A stretch of 64,000 bases of DNA. Origin: an uncultured Eubacteriales bacterium. Its GTDB lineage: Bacteria > Actinomycetota > Coriobacteriia > Anaerosomatales > PHET01. Both the position numbers and the translations under genes were made by a program. Positions within the stretch are counted from its first letter, which is position 1. Every line of letters begins with the position of its first letter. The stretch spans positions 28,572 through 92,571 of the forward strand of contig CAZBLH010000003.1 in assembly GCA_964492775.1 (NCBI GenBank), in the 5' to 3' direction. Positions 20,750 through 30,235 of the stretch are shown piece after piece. Below the pieces are notes generated by a model. The model saw nothing but the letters and a program-made list of their open reading frames with translations. It was not told the origin of the DNA and ran no database searches.

Positions 20750-21363
20750 GACTGCTAGTAGTGGGAGCTGGCGGCCATGCGAAGGTCGTGATCGACGCCG
20801 CACGCCTCTGCGGATATGAGATCGCAGGTGTCATCGGCAGTGCAGATGGAACGCCTGAGGTCCTCGGAGCGCCGGTCACGACAGATCCGGCTGGCCTCAA
20901 CGCTTCTGGCTTCATCGTCGCCGTCGGCGACAACCACGAGCGCGCGCGCCTGTTCGCCGAGCACCAGAAGCTGGGACTAGAGCCTGCGAACGTGATTCAT
21001 CCGTCTGCGGTCATCGCTCAGGACGCCGAGCTCGGACCCGGCACGTTCGTGGCGGCCAACGTCACTGTGAACCCGGGAGCTCGCATCGGCAGCAATACGA
21101 TTCTCAACACCGGCTGCACCGTGGACCATGACTGCGAGATCGGCGTGCACGTGCACATCGGCCCCGGTGCCAACCTGTGCGGTGGCGTCGTCGTTGGTGA
21201 GGGAACCCTCCTTGGCGTGGGGTCGTGCGCGGTCCCACGGTCGCGTATCGGCGAGTGGGCCGTCGTCGGCGCAGGCGCCGCAGTGACGCAGAACATCCCC
21301 GACCGCGCCGTCGCGGTGGGCGTGCCCGCACGCGTGACGAGACTCGCGGGGGCGGACCAGTGA
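20746..21363 (+). CDS. NeuD/PglD-family sugar N-acetyltransferase (left-handed beta-helix)
   Basis: 205 aa. N-terminal Rossmann-like LLVVGAGGHAKVV is followed by hexapeptide repeats. The start overlaps the upstream stop. Confidence 0.88.
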   Translation: MRLLVVGAGGHAKVVIDAARLCGYEIAGVIGSADGTPEVLGAPVTTDPAGLNASGFIVAVGDNHERARLFAEHQKLGLEPANVIHPSAVIAQDAELGPGTFVAANVTVNPGARIGSNTILNTGCTVDHDCEIGVHVHIGPGANLCGGVVVGEGTLLGVGSCAVPRSRIGEWAVVGAGAAVTQNIPDRAVAVGVPARVTRLAGADQ

Positions 21364-22580
21364 CTACGGCACTCGCGATTGACGGTGGGGCGCCGGTCAG
21401 GACCACTCCCATGCCGAGGTGGCCGTCGCTCGGCGAGTCCGCTGCCGAGGCGGCTGCGGCGGTAGTCCGTTCGGGGCGCCTCAACTATTGGACCGGCGAT
21501 CGCGGCCGCGAGCTGGAGCGTGAGTACGCGAGCTCGCTCGGGCGGAAGCACGCGGTGGCCGTCGCCAACGGTACCGTGGCACTCGAGCTTGCGCTGCGCG
21601 CATTCGGGATCGGACCCGGTGACGAAGTCATCGTGCCAGCACGCACCTTCATCGCGACAGCCGGCGCCGTCGTAGCAGTCGGCGCTGCTCCCGCGATCGC
21701 CGACATCGACACCACGAGCAACAACCTGACCGCCAACACGGTCTCAGCCGTACTCACCGACCGGACGCGCGCCGTCATCCCGGTCCACCTCGGCGGATGG
21801 CCGGTTGACATGGACCCCATCATCGCGCTCGCCGATGAGCGCGGCCTCATCGTGATCGAGGACTGCGCGCAGGCCCACGGTGGCACGTATCGAGGCCGCC
21901 CCATCGGTTCGCTCGGCAGCCATGCTGCCGCGTTCTCGTTCTGCCAGGACAAGATCCTGCCGGTCGGCGACGGTGGCCTGCTGGTGCTCGACGACGATCT
22001 CGCATTCGATCGCGCTTGGAGCTACAAGGATCAGGGCAAGTCGTTCGCGAAGGTGGAGGCGCTCGACTCGGCTCGGCCGGGTGCAAGCTTTCAGTGGCTT
22101 GTCGACAGCTTCGGCTCCAACCTGCGCTTGGACGAGATCTCGGCCGCGCTCGCGCTTGACAGCCTTGCGCACCTGGACGAATGGCACGCGGCTCGAACCC
22201 GGAACGCCACGCGTGTTGCCGAGGGGCTGCGAGGTGTAGCCGGCATCAGCGTGCCCCTGCCCGAGCCCGGCAGCGAGCACGCGTTCTACCGACTCTACGG
22301 CTCAATCGACCCCGAGGCGCTCGCGGACGGATGGGACCGCGACCGGGTGCTTCAGGCAATCATCGCCGAGGGCGTCCCGGTTCAGTACGGCGCCTGCGCC
22401 GAGATCTACCGCGAGGAGGCGTTCGCACGCGCCGGGCTCGCTCCCGCCGAGCGGCTGCCGGGCGCTGCACGCGCACACGAGACCTCGATCGCGTTCTTCG
22501 TGCATCCGACGCTCGGCGATTCGGACATTGACGACACGGTCGCGGCCGTACGCAAGGTCATGGAGGCTGCGACGCGATGA
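21360..22580 (+). CDS. DegT/DnrJ/EryC1 (PglE-like) sugar aminotransferase
   Basis: Homology starts at VTTALAIDGGAPV. GTG at 21360 overlaps the upstream TGA (GTGA). The track ORF from 21225 is over-extended. AHGG.Y.G...GS and SF...K (PLP Lys) are present. Confidence 0.9.
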   Translation: MTTALAIDGGAPVRTTPMPRWPSLGESAAEAAAAVVRSGRLNYWTGDRGRELEREYASSLGRKHAVAVANGTVALELALRAFGIGPGDEVIVPARTFIATAGAVVAVGAAPAIADIDTTSNNLTANTVSAVLTDRTRAVIPVHLGGWPVDMDPIIALADERGLIVIEDCAQAHGGTYRGRPIGSLGSHAAAFSFCQDKILPVGDGGLLVLDDDLAFDRAWSYKDQGKSFAKVEALDSARPGASFQWLVDSFGSNLRLDEISAALALDSLAHLDEWHAARTRNATRVAEGLRGVAGISVPLPEPGSEHAFYRLYGSIDPEALADGWDRDRVLQAIIAEGVPVQYGACAEIYREEAFARAGLAPAERLPGAARAHETSIAFFVHPTLGDSDIDDTVAAVRKVMEAATR

Positions 22581-24445
22581 GCGTACGGGGACTCTTCGAT
22601 CGCGTCCGCGCAACTGGCCGCCTCTGGAACTCGGCGTTGATCGCGCTCGACCTGGCGGTCGTGGCGCTGGCGACCACCATCGCCTACTACGCACGTTTCG
22701 AGGGCCAAGTACCCGCGGAGTACGCGCGCTTCACGACCGATCTCATCGTAATCTCGTGTGTCTTGTACGTGGCCCTGTTCGCCTTGGTCGGCCTGTACCG
22801 TCTCGTGCTGCGCTACGTCGGCGTCGACACCCTGCTCAAGCTTCTCGGCGCGGTCTTCTTGGGTGCCGTCACGATCCTTGCCGCCAATGTCACCGCCTCG
22901 GATGCCCAAGGACTGCGCCCCGTACCTATCGGCGTCATCTTCATACAGGCAGTGCTGGTCTTCCTCGGCGCTGCAGGCACCCGGCTGGCCGCACGCGTAC
23001 TGCGATACCTGCAGGCTACGCGAGCCGGGTTCGGGCATCGCGTGCTGATCATCGGCGCTGGCAGCGCGGGCTCGCTGCTGCTGCGCGAAATCCAGGAGCA
23101 CCCGTCGCTCGAGCTGTTCGTCGTAGGCTTCCTCGACGACGACCGACGACTCATCGGTCAGACGATCAATGGCGTCCCAGTGATTGGGACCACCAGCGAG
23201 CTCAGGGAGATCGCCGAGCGCTCGCGCATCGAGGAGATCCTCGTCGCGCTACCCTCTGCGCCGAAAGAGACTGTGCGCCGCATCCTCAACACAGCCGCAG
23301 ACATCGGCATACAGACGCGCGTCATGCCGCAAATCGTGATTGCTAAGGGCTCGGTGAGCCTGCGCGACCTGCGAAACGTCGACGTGGAGGACCTGCTCGG
23401 CAGGAAGCCGACGCCCATTGATGTGGACCAGGTGCGCAACACGATCGCCGGCCGCGTGGTTGCCGTGACTGGCGCGGCGGGCTCAATCGGCTCAGAGTTG
23501 TGTCGGCAGATCGTGCGGCTCGACCCCGCCAAGCTCCTGCTTCTGGAGATCGATGAGACGCGCCTCTACGAGCTGTGGCTCGAACTCGAGGGCATGGCCC
23601 CCGGGACGAGCGAGATGCGCGTGTGCGACATCAGAGACACCCGGGCGCTTGACGTCGTATTCGCTGATGACGCGCCCTCGGTCGTTCTGCATGCGGCGGC
23701 ATACAAGCACGTCCCCGTCATGGAGCTCGCGCCCGCCGAGGCGATCAAGACCAACGTCGGCGGCACCCGCAACGTAATCGAGGCCTGCGAGCGGTTTGGG
23801 ACCGAGCGCTTCGTGCTCATCTCCACCGACAAGGCGGTTGCGCCCGTCAACATCATGGGGCTGACCAAGTCCCTTGCCGAGCGGATCATGCTGGATGCGA
23901 CGCGGCGCGGTGGACTGAACGCCGTCGCGGTGCGGTTCGGCAACGTGTTGGCCAGCCGTGGCTCGGTCGTGCCGATCTTTGAGGAGCAGCTGCGCCGCGG
24001 GGGGCCGCTCACCGTCACGCATCCTGAGGTCACGCGGTACTTCATGACGATCCCCGAGGCCGCGCGTCTCGTGCTACAAGCCCAGGCCATCGGCTCCAGC
24101 GGAGACATTTTCGTGCTCGAGATGGGCGAGCCGGTCAAGATCGTCGACCTCGCCAGGAAGATGATCGCGCTGTCAGGCGTGCCGGCCGACATCGCGTTCA
24201 TCGGACTGCGCCCGGGAGAGAAGCTGCACGAGGAGCTCGTCAACGAGTGCGAAGAGCTGCTCCCGACCGAGCGGGAGAAGATTCTGCGGGTCAGACACGT
24301 CGACGTTCTCGGCACCGACCTTGGCAGCCGCATCGATGCGCTCGTCGTGGCCGCCGAGCAAGGCAAGGCCATCGAACTGACACCGCTGATCGATCAGCTC
24401 GAACCAGGATTCTACGATCGGGAGGGCGCGGCGTGCCGAGTGTGA
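22577..24445 (+). CDS. Membrane-bound CapD/PglF-like UDP-GlcNAc 4,6-dehydratase
   Basis: 622 aa. N-terminal TM helices are followed by two Rossmann domains (GAGSAG and VTGAAGSIGSEL). YKH..ME and STDKAV are typical of the Polysacc_synt_2 family. Confidence 0.9.
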   Translation: MSVRGLFDRVRATGRLWNSALIALDLAVVALATTIAYYARFEGQVPAEYARFTTDLIVISCVLYVALFALVGLYRLVLRYVGVDTLLKLLGAVFLGAVTILAANVTASDAQGLRPVPIGVIFIQAVLVFLGAAGTRLAARVLRYLQATRAGFGHRVLIIGAGSAGSLLLREIQEHPSLELFVVGFLDDDRRLIGQTINGVPVIGTTSELREIAERSRIEEILVALPSAPKETVRRILNTAADIGIQTRVMPQIVIAKGSVSLRDLRNVDVEDLLGRKPTPIDVDQVRNTIAGRVVAVTGAAGSIGSELCRQIVRLDPAKLLLLEIDETRLYELWLELEGMAPGTSEMRVCDIRDTRALDVVFADDAPSVVLHAAAYKHVPVMELAPAEAIKTNVGGTRNVIEACERFGTERFVLISTDKAVAPVNIMGLTKSLAERIMLDATRRGGLNAVAVRFGNVLASRGSVVPIFEEQLRRGGPLTVTHPEVTRYFMTIPEAARLVLQAQAIGSSGDIFVLEMGEPVKIVDLARKMIALSGVPADIAFIGLRPGEKLHEELVNECEELLPTEREKILRVRHVDVLGTDLGSRIDALVVAAEQGKAIELTPLIDQLEPGFYDREGAACRV

Positions 24446-26274
24446 CGGAGAGCCGGTCAGCCGCATGGGAACGGGCCTCGTGGCTCGCGTTCCTTGCACT
24501 GTTCGCGGTCACGACCTTGGCCGTCGCCAAGGTTCCCTTCCTGCCGGACACGAACCCGGTCGTCGAGCGCTTCACTGGCCCCGAGTTTTCGGCGCTCACC
24601 GTCTTCACGATCATCGCCGCTATGGCATGGTTCATCAGCTGGATTCTCGGCGAGAGAGCCGCGAGGGTCACCCGAGCGCACCTCGCACTTGCCGCCACGT
24701 GTGTGGTCGGCGTCGCCTCGACGGTCATCGCAGACGTACGACCCCTCGCGCTCGTCGGCGAGAGTGGTCGCTACATGGGCCTTGTGACGTGGTTATGCCT
24801 CGCGGTAACGCTCTTACTCGCCACTCAGCTCGTGCGAACGCCGTCGCGTCTTGGGACTCTCAGCCGAGTGGTCATCATCGTCGGCGTGATCCAGGCGGTC
24901 ATCGGCCTCTCGCAGGTTCTCGGCATCGATATCTTGCGCTTCGACTTCCCTGAGCAGTACCGCTGGATGCTCGCACAGGGCGTGGGCACCGTGGGAAACC
25001 CCAACCAGTACTCCACCACACTCATCGTCCCGTTCATCCTGGCTTGTGCCGAGGCACTGTCGGCAGAATCCCGCCGGTGGCGGTACTTGGCCGTGACGGC
25101 CATGGTCGTCACCGGCATCGCTATCGTCGCTTCGGCCACCCGCGGCACATGGATCGGTGCACTGGTCGGGGCAGTCATCGTCGCGATACTCGCAGTGCGA
25201 TGCCGTCTCGCCCGCGGCAGGGCCATCTGGATCGGGGCAGCCGTTCTGGTAGGCACCGTCGCGCTCGGCTCGCTCCTCGCCGACCCCGCCATCCTCGGCA
25301 CGCGCTTCGATCAGGGCGACGCCAACGGAGGCGCAGCCGTCGAGCAACTGTCGAGTGGCAGACTTGCCCTCTGGCGCCAGGGCGTGGATGTCTTCGGCAG
25401 CCATCCAGTGCTCGGAGTCGGACCCGACTCGATTCGCAACGCCTACAAGGCGGCCGGCCATTCCACTGGAATCAGAGGAGTCTTTACTGACGACCCTCAC
25501 AGCCTGCCGCTACTCGTCGCAGTGTCGTTCGGTGCGGTCGGACTTGGGGCTGCCGCTTGGCTCCTCTGGGCCCTCTTGAGCCAGCCGATGATGCGGGTGA
25601 TCCGCGACCCCAGATCCGCGAAGGGCGAGACTTTCGCGCGCATGAACGCGTGGTTTGCCGGCTCTCTCGCCCTGCTCGTCACGTCTCTCGTGTCCGTGAT
25701 CTCGATTCCGATGATGGTCGCGGTCGCGGTTGCCGTTGGCACCGCTTACGCACCGTTCCTGGCGCGCACCGCCGAGCGAAGGGCGCCCGCATGGAGCACT
25801 GTCGTCGCAGGTGTGCTGCTCATTGGCTTCGCGGGACTCTCCATCTGGGCCTCCCTCGTGCCGCTCTACCACAACGCTCGAATCACGGCCGTGCCGCTTG
25901 AAGTGCCTCTCTCGGAAAACGATCTCGCCGTCCTCCACGCAGCTGACAGCGCGCTGCCGTGGCGCTACGAGATGCTTTCGAGGCGCACGAACAAGATCAT
26001 CGAGCAGGCGTCGTTCGAGTACTCGCAAGGGAGTTCCTCGGCTGCCGAAGCGCGTCTCGCACAGCTGCGAGAGCAGTTGGACCAGCGTGTCCAAGTGTAC
26101 CCTGCCGAGTACTTCGCCTGGTACAACCGTGCGAAAGCATGGGCCGACTCGGCAGCAATCACAGGCGACAGGGAGCTCGGCGCGCAGGCCCGCGATATCA
26201 TCGCCGAAGCGCTAGAGCGCTTCCCTGACGACCTCGAGCTCATGGCCTTGTCGATCACCGCGCGCGGGCTATGA
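24433..26274 (+). CDS. Wzy_C (O-antigen ligase-like) polytopic membrane protein with C-terminal helical-repeat (TPR-like) domain
   Basis: In-frame GTG at 24433 (or 24442) overlaps the PglF-like stop. The Wzy_C core is SATRGTWIGALVG...GRLALWRQG...HPVLGVGPDS...DPHSLPLL. The last 150 aa or so are soluble and helical. Confidence 0.8.
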   Translation: MPSVTESRSAAWERASWLAFLALFAVTTLAVAKVPFLPDTNPVVERFTGPEFSALTVFTIIAAMAWFISWILGERAARVTRAHLALAATCVVGVASTVIADVRPLALVGESGRYMGLVTWLCLAVTLLLATQLVRTPSRLGTLSRVVIIVGVIQAVIGLSQVLGIDILRFDFPEQYRWMLAQGVGTVGNPNQYSTTLIVPFILACAEALSAESRRWRYLAVTAMVVTGIAIVASATRGTWIGALVGAVIVAILAVRCRLARGRAIWIGAAVLVGTVALGSLLADPAILGTRFDQGDANGGAAVEQLSSGRLALWRQGVDVFGSHPVLGVGPDSIRNAYKAAGHSTGIRGVFTDDPHSLPLLVAVSFGAVGLGAAAWLLWALLSQPMMRVIRDPRSAKGETFARMNAWFAGSLALLVTSLVSVISIPMMVAVAVAVGTAYAPFLARTAERRAPAWSTVVAGVLLIGFAGLSIWASLVPLYHNARITAVPLEVPLSENDLAVLHAADSALPWRYEMLSRRTNKIIEQASFEYSQGSSSAAEARLAQLREQLDQRVQVYPAEYFAWYNRAKAWADSAAITGDRELGAQARDIIAEALERFPDDLELMALSITARGL

Positions 26275-27382
26275 TCCTCGCAGTGTCTTCGCTGCGCGCG
26301 TACCAGCTGCACTCGGCTTCGGCATAGCGCCGACCGTTCGCCCCCAACTCGGCGGCGAGACCCGGAGAGCCTGCCAGCTGCGCGACCGCCCTGGCGAGCG
26401 CCTCAGGGTCACGCTGGGGCACGATCAGCCCTGCTCGGTTGTCGCGGACGACCTCGGTGAGTCCGGGCATCCCGTCTGTGGCGATCACGGGAGTACCCGA
26501 AGCCATCGATTCGTAGAGCTTGAGTGGCGAGATGCCCGCCTCGGAGAACTCATCGGCTTCTTTGTTCACGAGCGAGACGAGCGCGTGCGCGACAACGCCG
26601 GCGATCTGGTCATAGGGCAGCGTGCCGAGGTAGACGACGCGCGAATCGGTCCGAGCAGCCTCCTCGACCTCGGCCCGCTTCGTTCCCTGCCCCACGATCA
26701 AGAGTGAGACGTCCTGGGGCCACTCAGGCCTCCGAACAGCCTCCAAACTGGTGGATATTCCCTGCCACGGCGCGAACGAGCCAAAGAACACGGCGTAGCG
26801 CCCTGGAACGACGATTCCTTCCGGTATCTCCTCGTCGGGGTTGAAGATCTCCGTGTTCGCGCCGTTGGGGACGATGTCTGCGACGACTCCAGTCTCACGC
26901 AACAGCCACTCGGCAAGCCCGCTCGACCCGGCGATCACGGCGTCCGCTCGGCGGAACTGGGTATAGGTGAGCCACCTGATGAGCGGAGCGAACAGGCGCG
27001 CCGACGGCCACGCGATGAAGAAGTCGTCCACGATACCGTTGCACTCCTGGACGACCGTGACGCCTCTGCGACGAGCGCCCTCCGAAGCCCACCAGGCGAG
27101 CGCATGACCGCGCACGTAGAGCACATCGTACCGGTCCATCGCATCGAGTACCCTGCGCTGGACTCGGGCGAACTCGAGAACCCGCCCGATTGCCCCCGGC
27201 GCCTCCTTGCCCGCGTATGAAGGCTCGAAGAGATCGACTGCTGCGCCCTGTTTTCGAAGGCCGCTGATGATCTCGTGAACGTGTGCGTACGATGCCTGAC
27301 CCGGTGTGGTCGCCTGCAGGCAGAGGTAGGCGATCCTGATTCCTGCGACCGGGGAGGCGTCGATCGGCGCCGGACCAACCAT
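26255..27382 (-). CDS. Glycosyltransferase family 4
   Basis: Starts at MVGPAPIDA (ATG 27382, TGATG junction with the upstream gene). The track ORF is over-extended to 27664. The GT4 E-x7-E region is SPLKLYESMASGTPVIATD. It is a paralog of 44137..45261. Confidence 0.85.
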   Translation of the reverse strand: MVGPAPIDASPVAGIRIAYLCLQATTPGQASYAHVHEIISGLRKQGAAVDLFEPSYAGKEAPGAIGRVLEFARVQRRVLDAMDRYDVLYVRGHALAWWASEGARRRGVTVVQECNGIVDDFFIAWPSARLFAPLIRWLTYTQFRRADAVIAGSSGLAEWLLRETGVVADIVPNGANTEIFNPDEEIPEGIVVPGRYAVFFGSFAPWQGISTSLEAVRRPEWPQDVSLLIVGQGTKRAEVEEAARTDSRVVYLGTLPYDQIAGVVAHALVSLVNKEADEFSEAGISPLKLYESMASGTPVIATDGMPGLTEVVRDNRAGLIVPQRDPEALARAVAQLAGSPGLAAELGANGRRYAEAECSWYARSEDTARIIARAR

Positions 27383-28227
27383 CACACCCTCCCCGTCTGC
27401 GCCATGCGCCGCCTGATCGGGATGCCCCAGCGGTGCCAGCGAAGCGCGAGCTTCAGCCGATACCTGCGAATCGCCTTGCGGGCGAGATCGGTCTCCCGCT
27501 GGTCTAGCATACCCTCGGCGATCAGGTACTCGATGATCTCGATGTGTGAGCGCCAGACCGCTGCGACATCGTCGCTCACCCGGTTGGGCGCGTCTTGGTA
27601 GTAGAGAAAAACAGGCTCCGGCAGGTGATGGTGAGTCGCACCCATCGCCACAGCGCGCATCCACAGATCGATGTCTTCCGAGCGCGATTCCGGTCTTGGG
27701 CCTCCGGTCATCTCAAACACTCCGCGCGTCATCACCGCACTCGTACCGATGAGCAGCCCCGAGAGCATGTCGCCGATGGAGAGTGACGACTCCTCTTGGA
27801 ACACCGGCGCGGTGTAGTAGTAGACACGGCGCCCGTCAGCGAACACCTGGTAGCCGTTGGTGCTCACGATCTCGGCGTCAGGGTGCTTGCCGAAGAACGC
27901 CTCGACCTTCTCGAGGTACTCAGGCGTGAACGCATCATCAGCATCGAGCCGCGCGAAGAGCTCGCCTCGCGCCTGCTGCATCGCCTCGATGCGCGAAGCC
28001 GTCACCCCGCGGTGCGCACACGCGTACACCCGGATGCGTACATCCTGCTCGGCGTAGGAACGCGCCAGCGCGAGCGTGCCGTCGGTGGAGCCGTCGTCGA
28101 TGATGATGTGCTCCCAGTCGTCGAACGCCTGAGCAAGCACGGACTCGATGGCGCGCGAGAGGGTGCGCTCGGCGTTGTACGCCGGCGTGAGGACCGAGAA
28201 ACGTGGTGCCTTCTCCCGCTCGGCCAC
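27382..28227 (-). CDS. Glycosyltransferase family 2
   Basis: FSVLTPAYNAERTL...IIDDGSTDGT...DADD is a GT2 signature. GTG at 28227 is preferred (GGAGGAAGGAG 5 nt upstream, no overlap with the upstream gene). The ORF extends to 28377. Confidence 0.82.
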   Translation of the reverse strand: MAEREKAPRFSVLTPAYNAERTLSRAIESVLAQAFDDWEHIIIDDGSTDGTLALARSYAEQDVRIRVYACAHRGVTASRIEAMQQARGELFARLDADDAFTPEYLEKVEAFFGKHPDAEIVSTNGYQVFADGRRVYYYTAPVFQEESSLSIGDMLSGLLIGTSAVMTRGVFEMTGGPRPESRSEDIDLWMRAVAMGATHHHLPEPVFLYYQDAPNRVSDDVAAVWRSHIEIIEYLIAEGMLDQRETDLARKAIRRYRLKLALRWHRWGIPIRRRMAQTGRV

Positions 28228-28264
28228 CGATGCTCCTTCCTCCGGTTGCTGGCTACGCGCTTCC

Positions 28265-30235
28265 TCACCGGAAGACTCGGGCGAGACGCCGAGCCGCACT
28301 CGTGGCATATCGCCTGAGAACACGGGCAGCTGCGCGCACATCTCTCGCCTTAGGCACCAGGATGTCAGCATATCCAAAACCGCTTTCGCGTTTCATCAGG
28401 TACACGATGACCGCCGAATAGATGCAGTACGTCGTGCTCGACGCCAGTGCAGCACCCATGATGCCGAATCGCGGGATCACTATGAGGTTCGCTACGGCGT
28501 TCAGCACGACCATCACCGCCGAGGTGCGCCAGTAGATCACCTCACGCGAGAACAGGTAGGAGCTCGGCACCTCGGAGATGCTCATCGCGGCCACTCCGGG
28601 CAGGAGCGCCAGAAGGACCGGACCCGCCTCAGCGAACGTCGGTCCGAACACGACAGGCACGAGCATGGGCCCGAAAAGCGCAAAGACCGCGACGATGCCG
28701 AGCACGAGCAGCACCGTGAGTCTCGAGACGCCCGCCGACAGCGCCGAGCCCTCGTCGCGACCCACCTGCGATGCGCGCGCGAAGAGTGCCGAGCCCAGAA
28801 CGACAGGAATGTAGCGCGCCACCTCGGCAAGGCTCGTCGAGACCGAGTACACGCCCACGGCGGCCTGCCCGGCAAGCCACCCGAGGATCAGCATGTCCTG
28901 GCGAAGGTGCAGGTAGCCCACGAGCGACACGAAATACGACTTCGCTGAGTAGCCCACCATCGCGCGCATCGCGCCGAGGTCGAGCCGCCAGCCGGTCATC
29001 ATCCGACCGCGCTCAAGCAAGAGAAGGACGGCCGATGCAACCGCCTGCCCGAGCACGCCGAGCGAAACCATGAACAGCGCCGAAAGCAACCCGGCTTGCC
29101 ACAGGACGAACGCGCCCATGAGCACGAGAGTGACCGAGCTGATGCCCGCTATCGCCTGCGGACGCAGGCCCGAGAGTCCGATCGCAATGGCACCGAGCCA
29201 GGCGAAGAGCGTTGTCGTCACGAACAGCACCGCAGCCACGAGCGCCATGGCCAGCGAGTACGGCGGATCGGGCGCAAGAGGTCCGGTGATGACGAGCAGG
29301 CAGGCGATGGTTGCCGCGAGGCCCGTGACGCCGGTGAGCAGGACGCTGTTCGCCACAGCAGAGCCCGGGGTGACCTCTCTGCGCGCCACGAAGTAGACGT
29401 TCGATGTGGACAGCCCGAGCCCGAGCACGACGACGAGCACGCCCACGATCTGCTGAACGAGCGCGTACCCACCCTTGCCGACCGGCCCCAGCGCCCGTGC
29501 GAGAATGACGCCGATGAGGAAGTTCACGGCTACTGTGACGAACTTTGCGGCCAGGCCCCACGCAGTGGAAGCACCGAGTCGATGTCGACGAGGGCGCGCC
29601 GTCTGAGCGAGCGCCGCCACAGGAATCTCCGCCGGATCGAGCTCGTCCATGGTGACGAACGCCGCGCCTTGCGCAATGAGCTCGTCCAGGATTCCCGGCA
29701 GTGCCTCCGCTGTGACCTCAGGCCAACTGTGCAGCAGCACGATCAGGCTACCGCTGCCCGCGGCAGCGCGTTCGGAGTGCGCCGCGACCACGCGGCTGGC
29801 GAGCTGATCGGCCGTCGAACCCTGCTCCCAGTCGAGGCTGTCGAGGTGCCAGCCGATCTGCCGGTAGCCTGCTGCCTCGATGTGCGACAGTACCTGCGAA
29901 TCGAATGCTCCCGAGTTCTGCGGGCAGCGGAAGTACGGGCGCGGCGACTGGCCCGTTGCGCGCTCAATCGCCTCCTCGGCGCGTTTGACCTCGCTCCGAA
30001 GCTCCGCTTCTGTGATCTGGCCGGGAAGCGCGTGCGAGTAGGTGTGATTGCCGACGCGATGGCCATCGCGCGTCAGTCGCGCTGCAAGCTCGGGGTTCGC
30101 CTCGGCCCACTCGCCCTGGAGGAAGAAGGTGGCCACGACGCCACGCTCGGCGAGTACCTCGATGATCCGCTCCGCCACCGCAGGGTCATGCCCGTGCGGT
30201 GCAGGCTCGACATCGAAGGTGAGCGCTACCTTCAT
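28265..30235 (-). CDS. Fusion protein: N-terminal polysaccharide deacetylase (NodB/CE4) + C-terminal Wzx-type (MOP) flippase
   Basis: 656 aa. Residues 1 to about 200 are ALTFDVEP...GNHTYSH...LLHSW (CE4 motifs), with no signal peptide. Residues from about 215 to the end have about 12 TM helices with polysaccharide-biosynthesis-protein (Wzx) similarity. This part is clearly paralogous to 47962..49347. Confidence 0.85.
   Translation of the reverse strand: MKVALTFDVEPAPHGHDPAVAERIIEVLAERGVVATFFLQGEWAEANPELAARLTRDGHRVGNHTYSHALPGQITEAELRSEVKRAEEAIERATGQSPRPYFRCPQNSGAFDSQVLSHIEAAGYRQIGWHLDSLDWEQGSTADQLASRVVAAHSERAAAGSGSLIVLLHSWPEVTAEALPGILDELIAQGAAFVTMDELDPAEIPVAALAQTARPRRHRLGASTAWGLAAKFVTVAVNFLIGVILARALGPVGKGGYALVQQIVGVLVVVLGLGLSTSNVYFVARREVTPGSAVANSVLLTGVTGLAATIACLLVITGPLAPDPPYSLAMALVAAVLFVTTTLFAWLGAIAIGLSGLRPQAIAGISSVTLVLMGAFVLWQAGLLSALFMVSLGVLGQAVASAVLLLLERGRMMTGWRLDLGAMRAMVGYSAKSYFVSLVGYLHLRQDMLILGWLAGQAAVGVYSVSTSLAEVARYIPVVLGSALFARASQVGRDEGSALSAGVSRLTVLLVLGIVAVFALFGPMLVPVVFGPTFAEAGPVLLALLPGVAAMSISEVPSSYLFSREVIYWRTSAVMVVLNAVANLIVIPRFGIMGAALASSTTYCIYSAVIVYLMKRESGFGYADILVPKARDVRAAARVLRRYATSAARRLARVFR

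Noticed and set aside
21225-22580. Over-extended N-termini of several track ORFs (also 2185..3111, 3404..4681, 18367..19026, 24247..26274, 26255..27664, 61005..62012)
   Set aside because: The extensions overlap the preceding genes and are low-complexity. Homology starts at internal ATG or GTG codons that overlap or abut upstream stops, so I trimmed the coordinates.
27380-27384. Recurrent TGATG (1-nt) and ATGA/GTGA (4-nt) stop-start overlaps (also at 49345..49349, 37247..37252 and throughout the his operon)
   Set aside because: This is ordinary translational coupling in compact high-GC operons. It is not a programmed frameshift or recoding signal.
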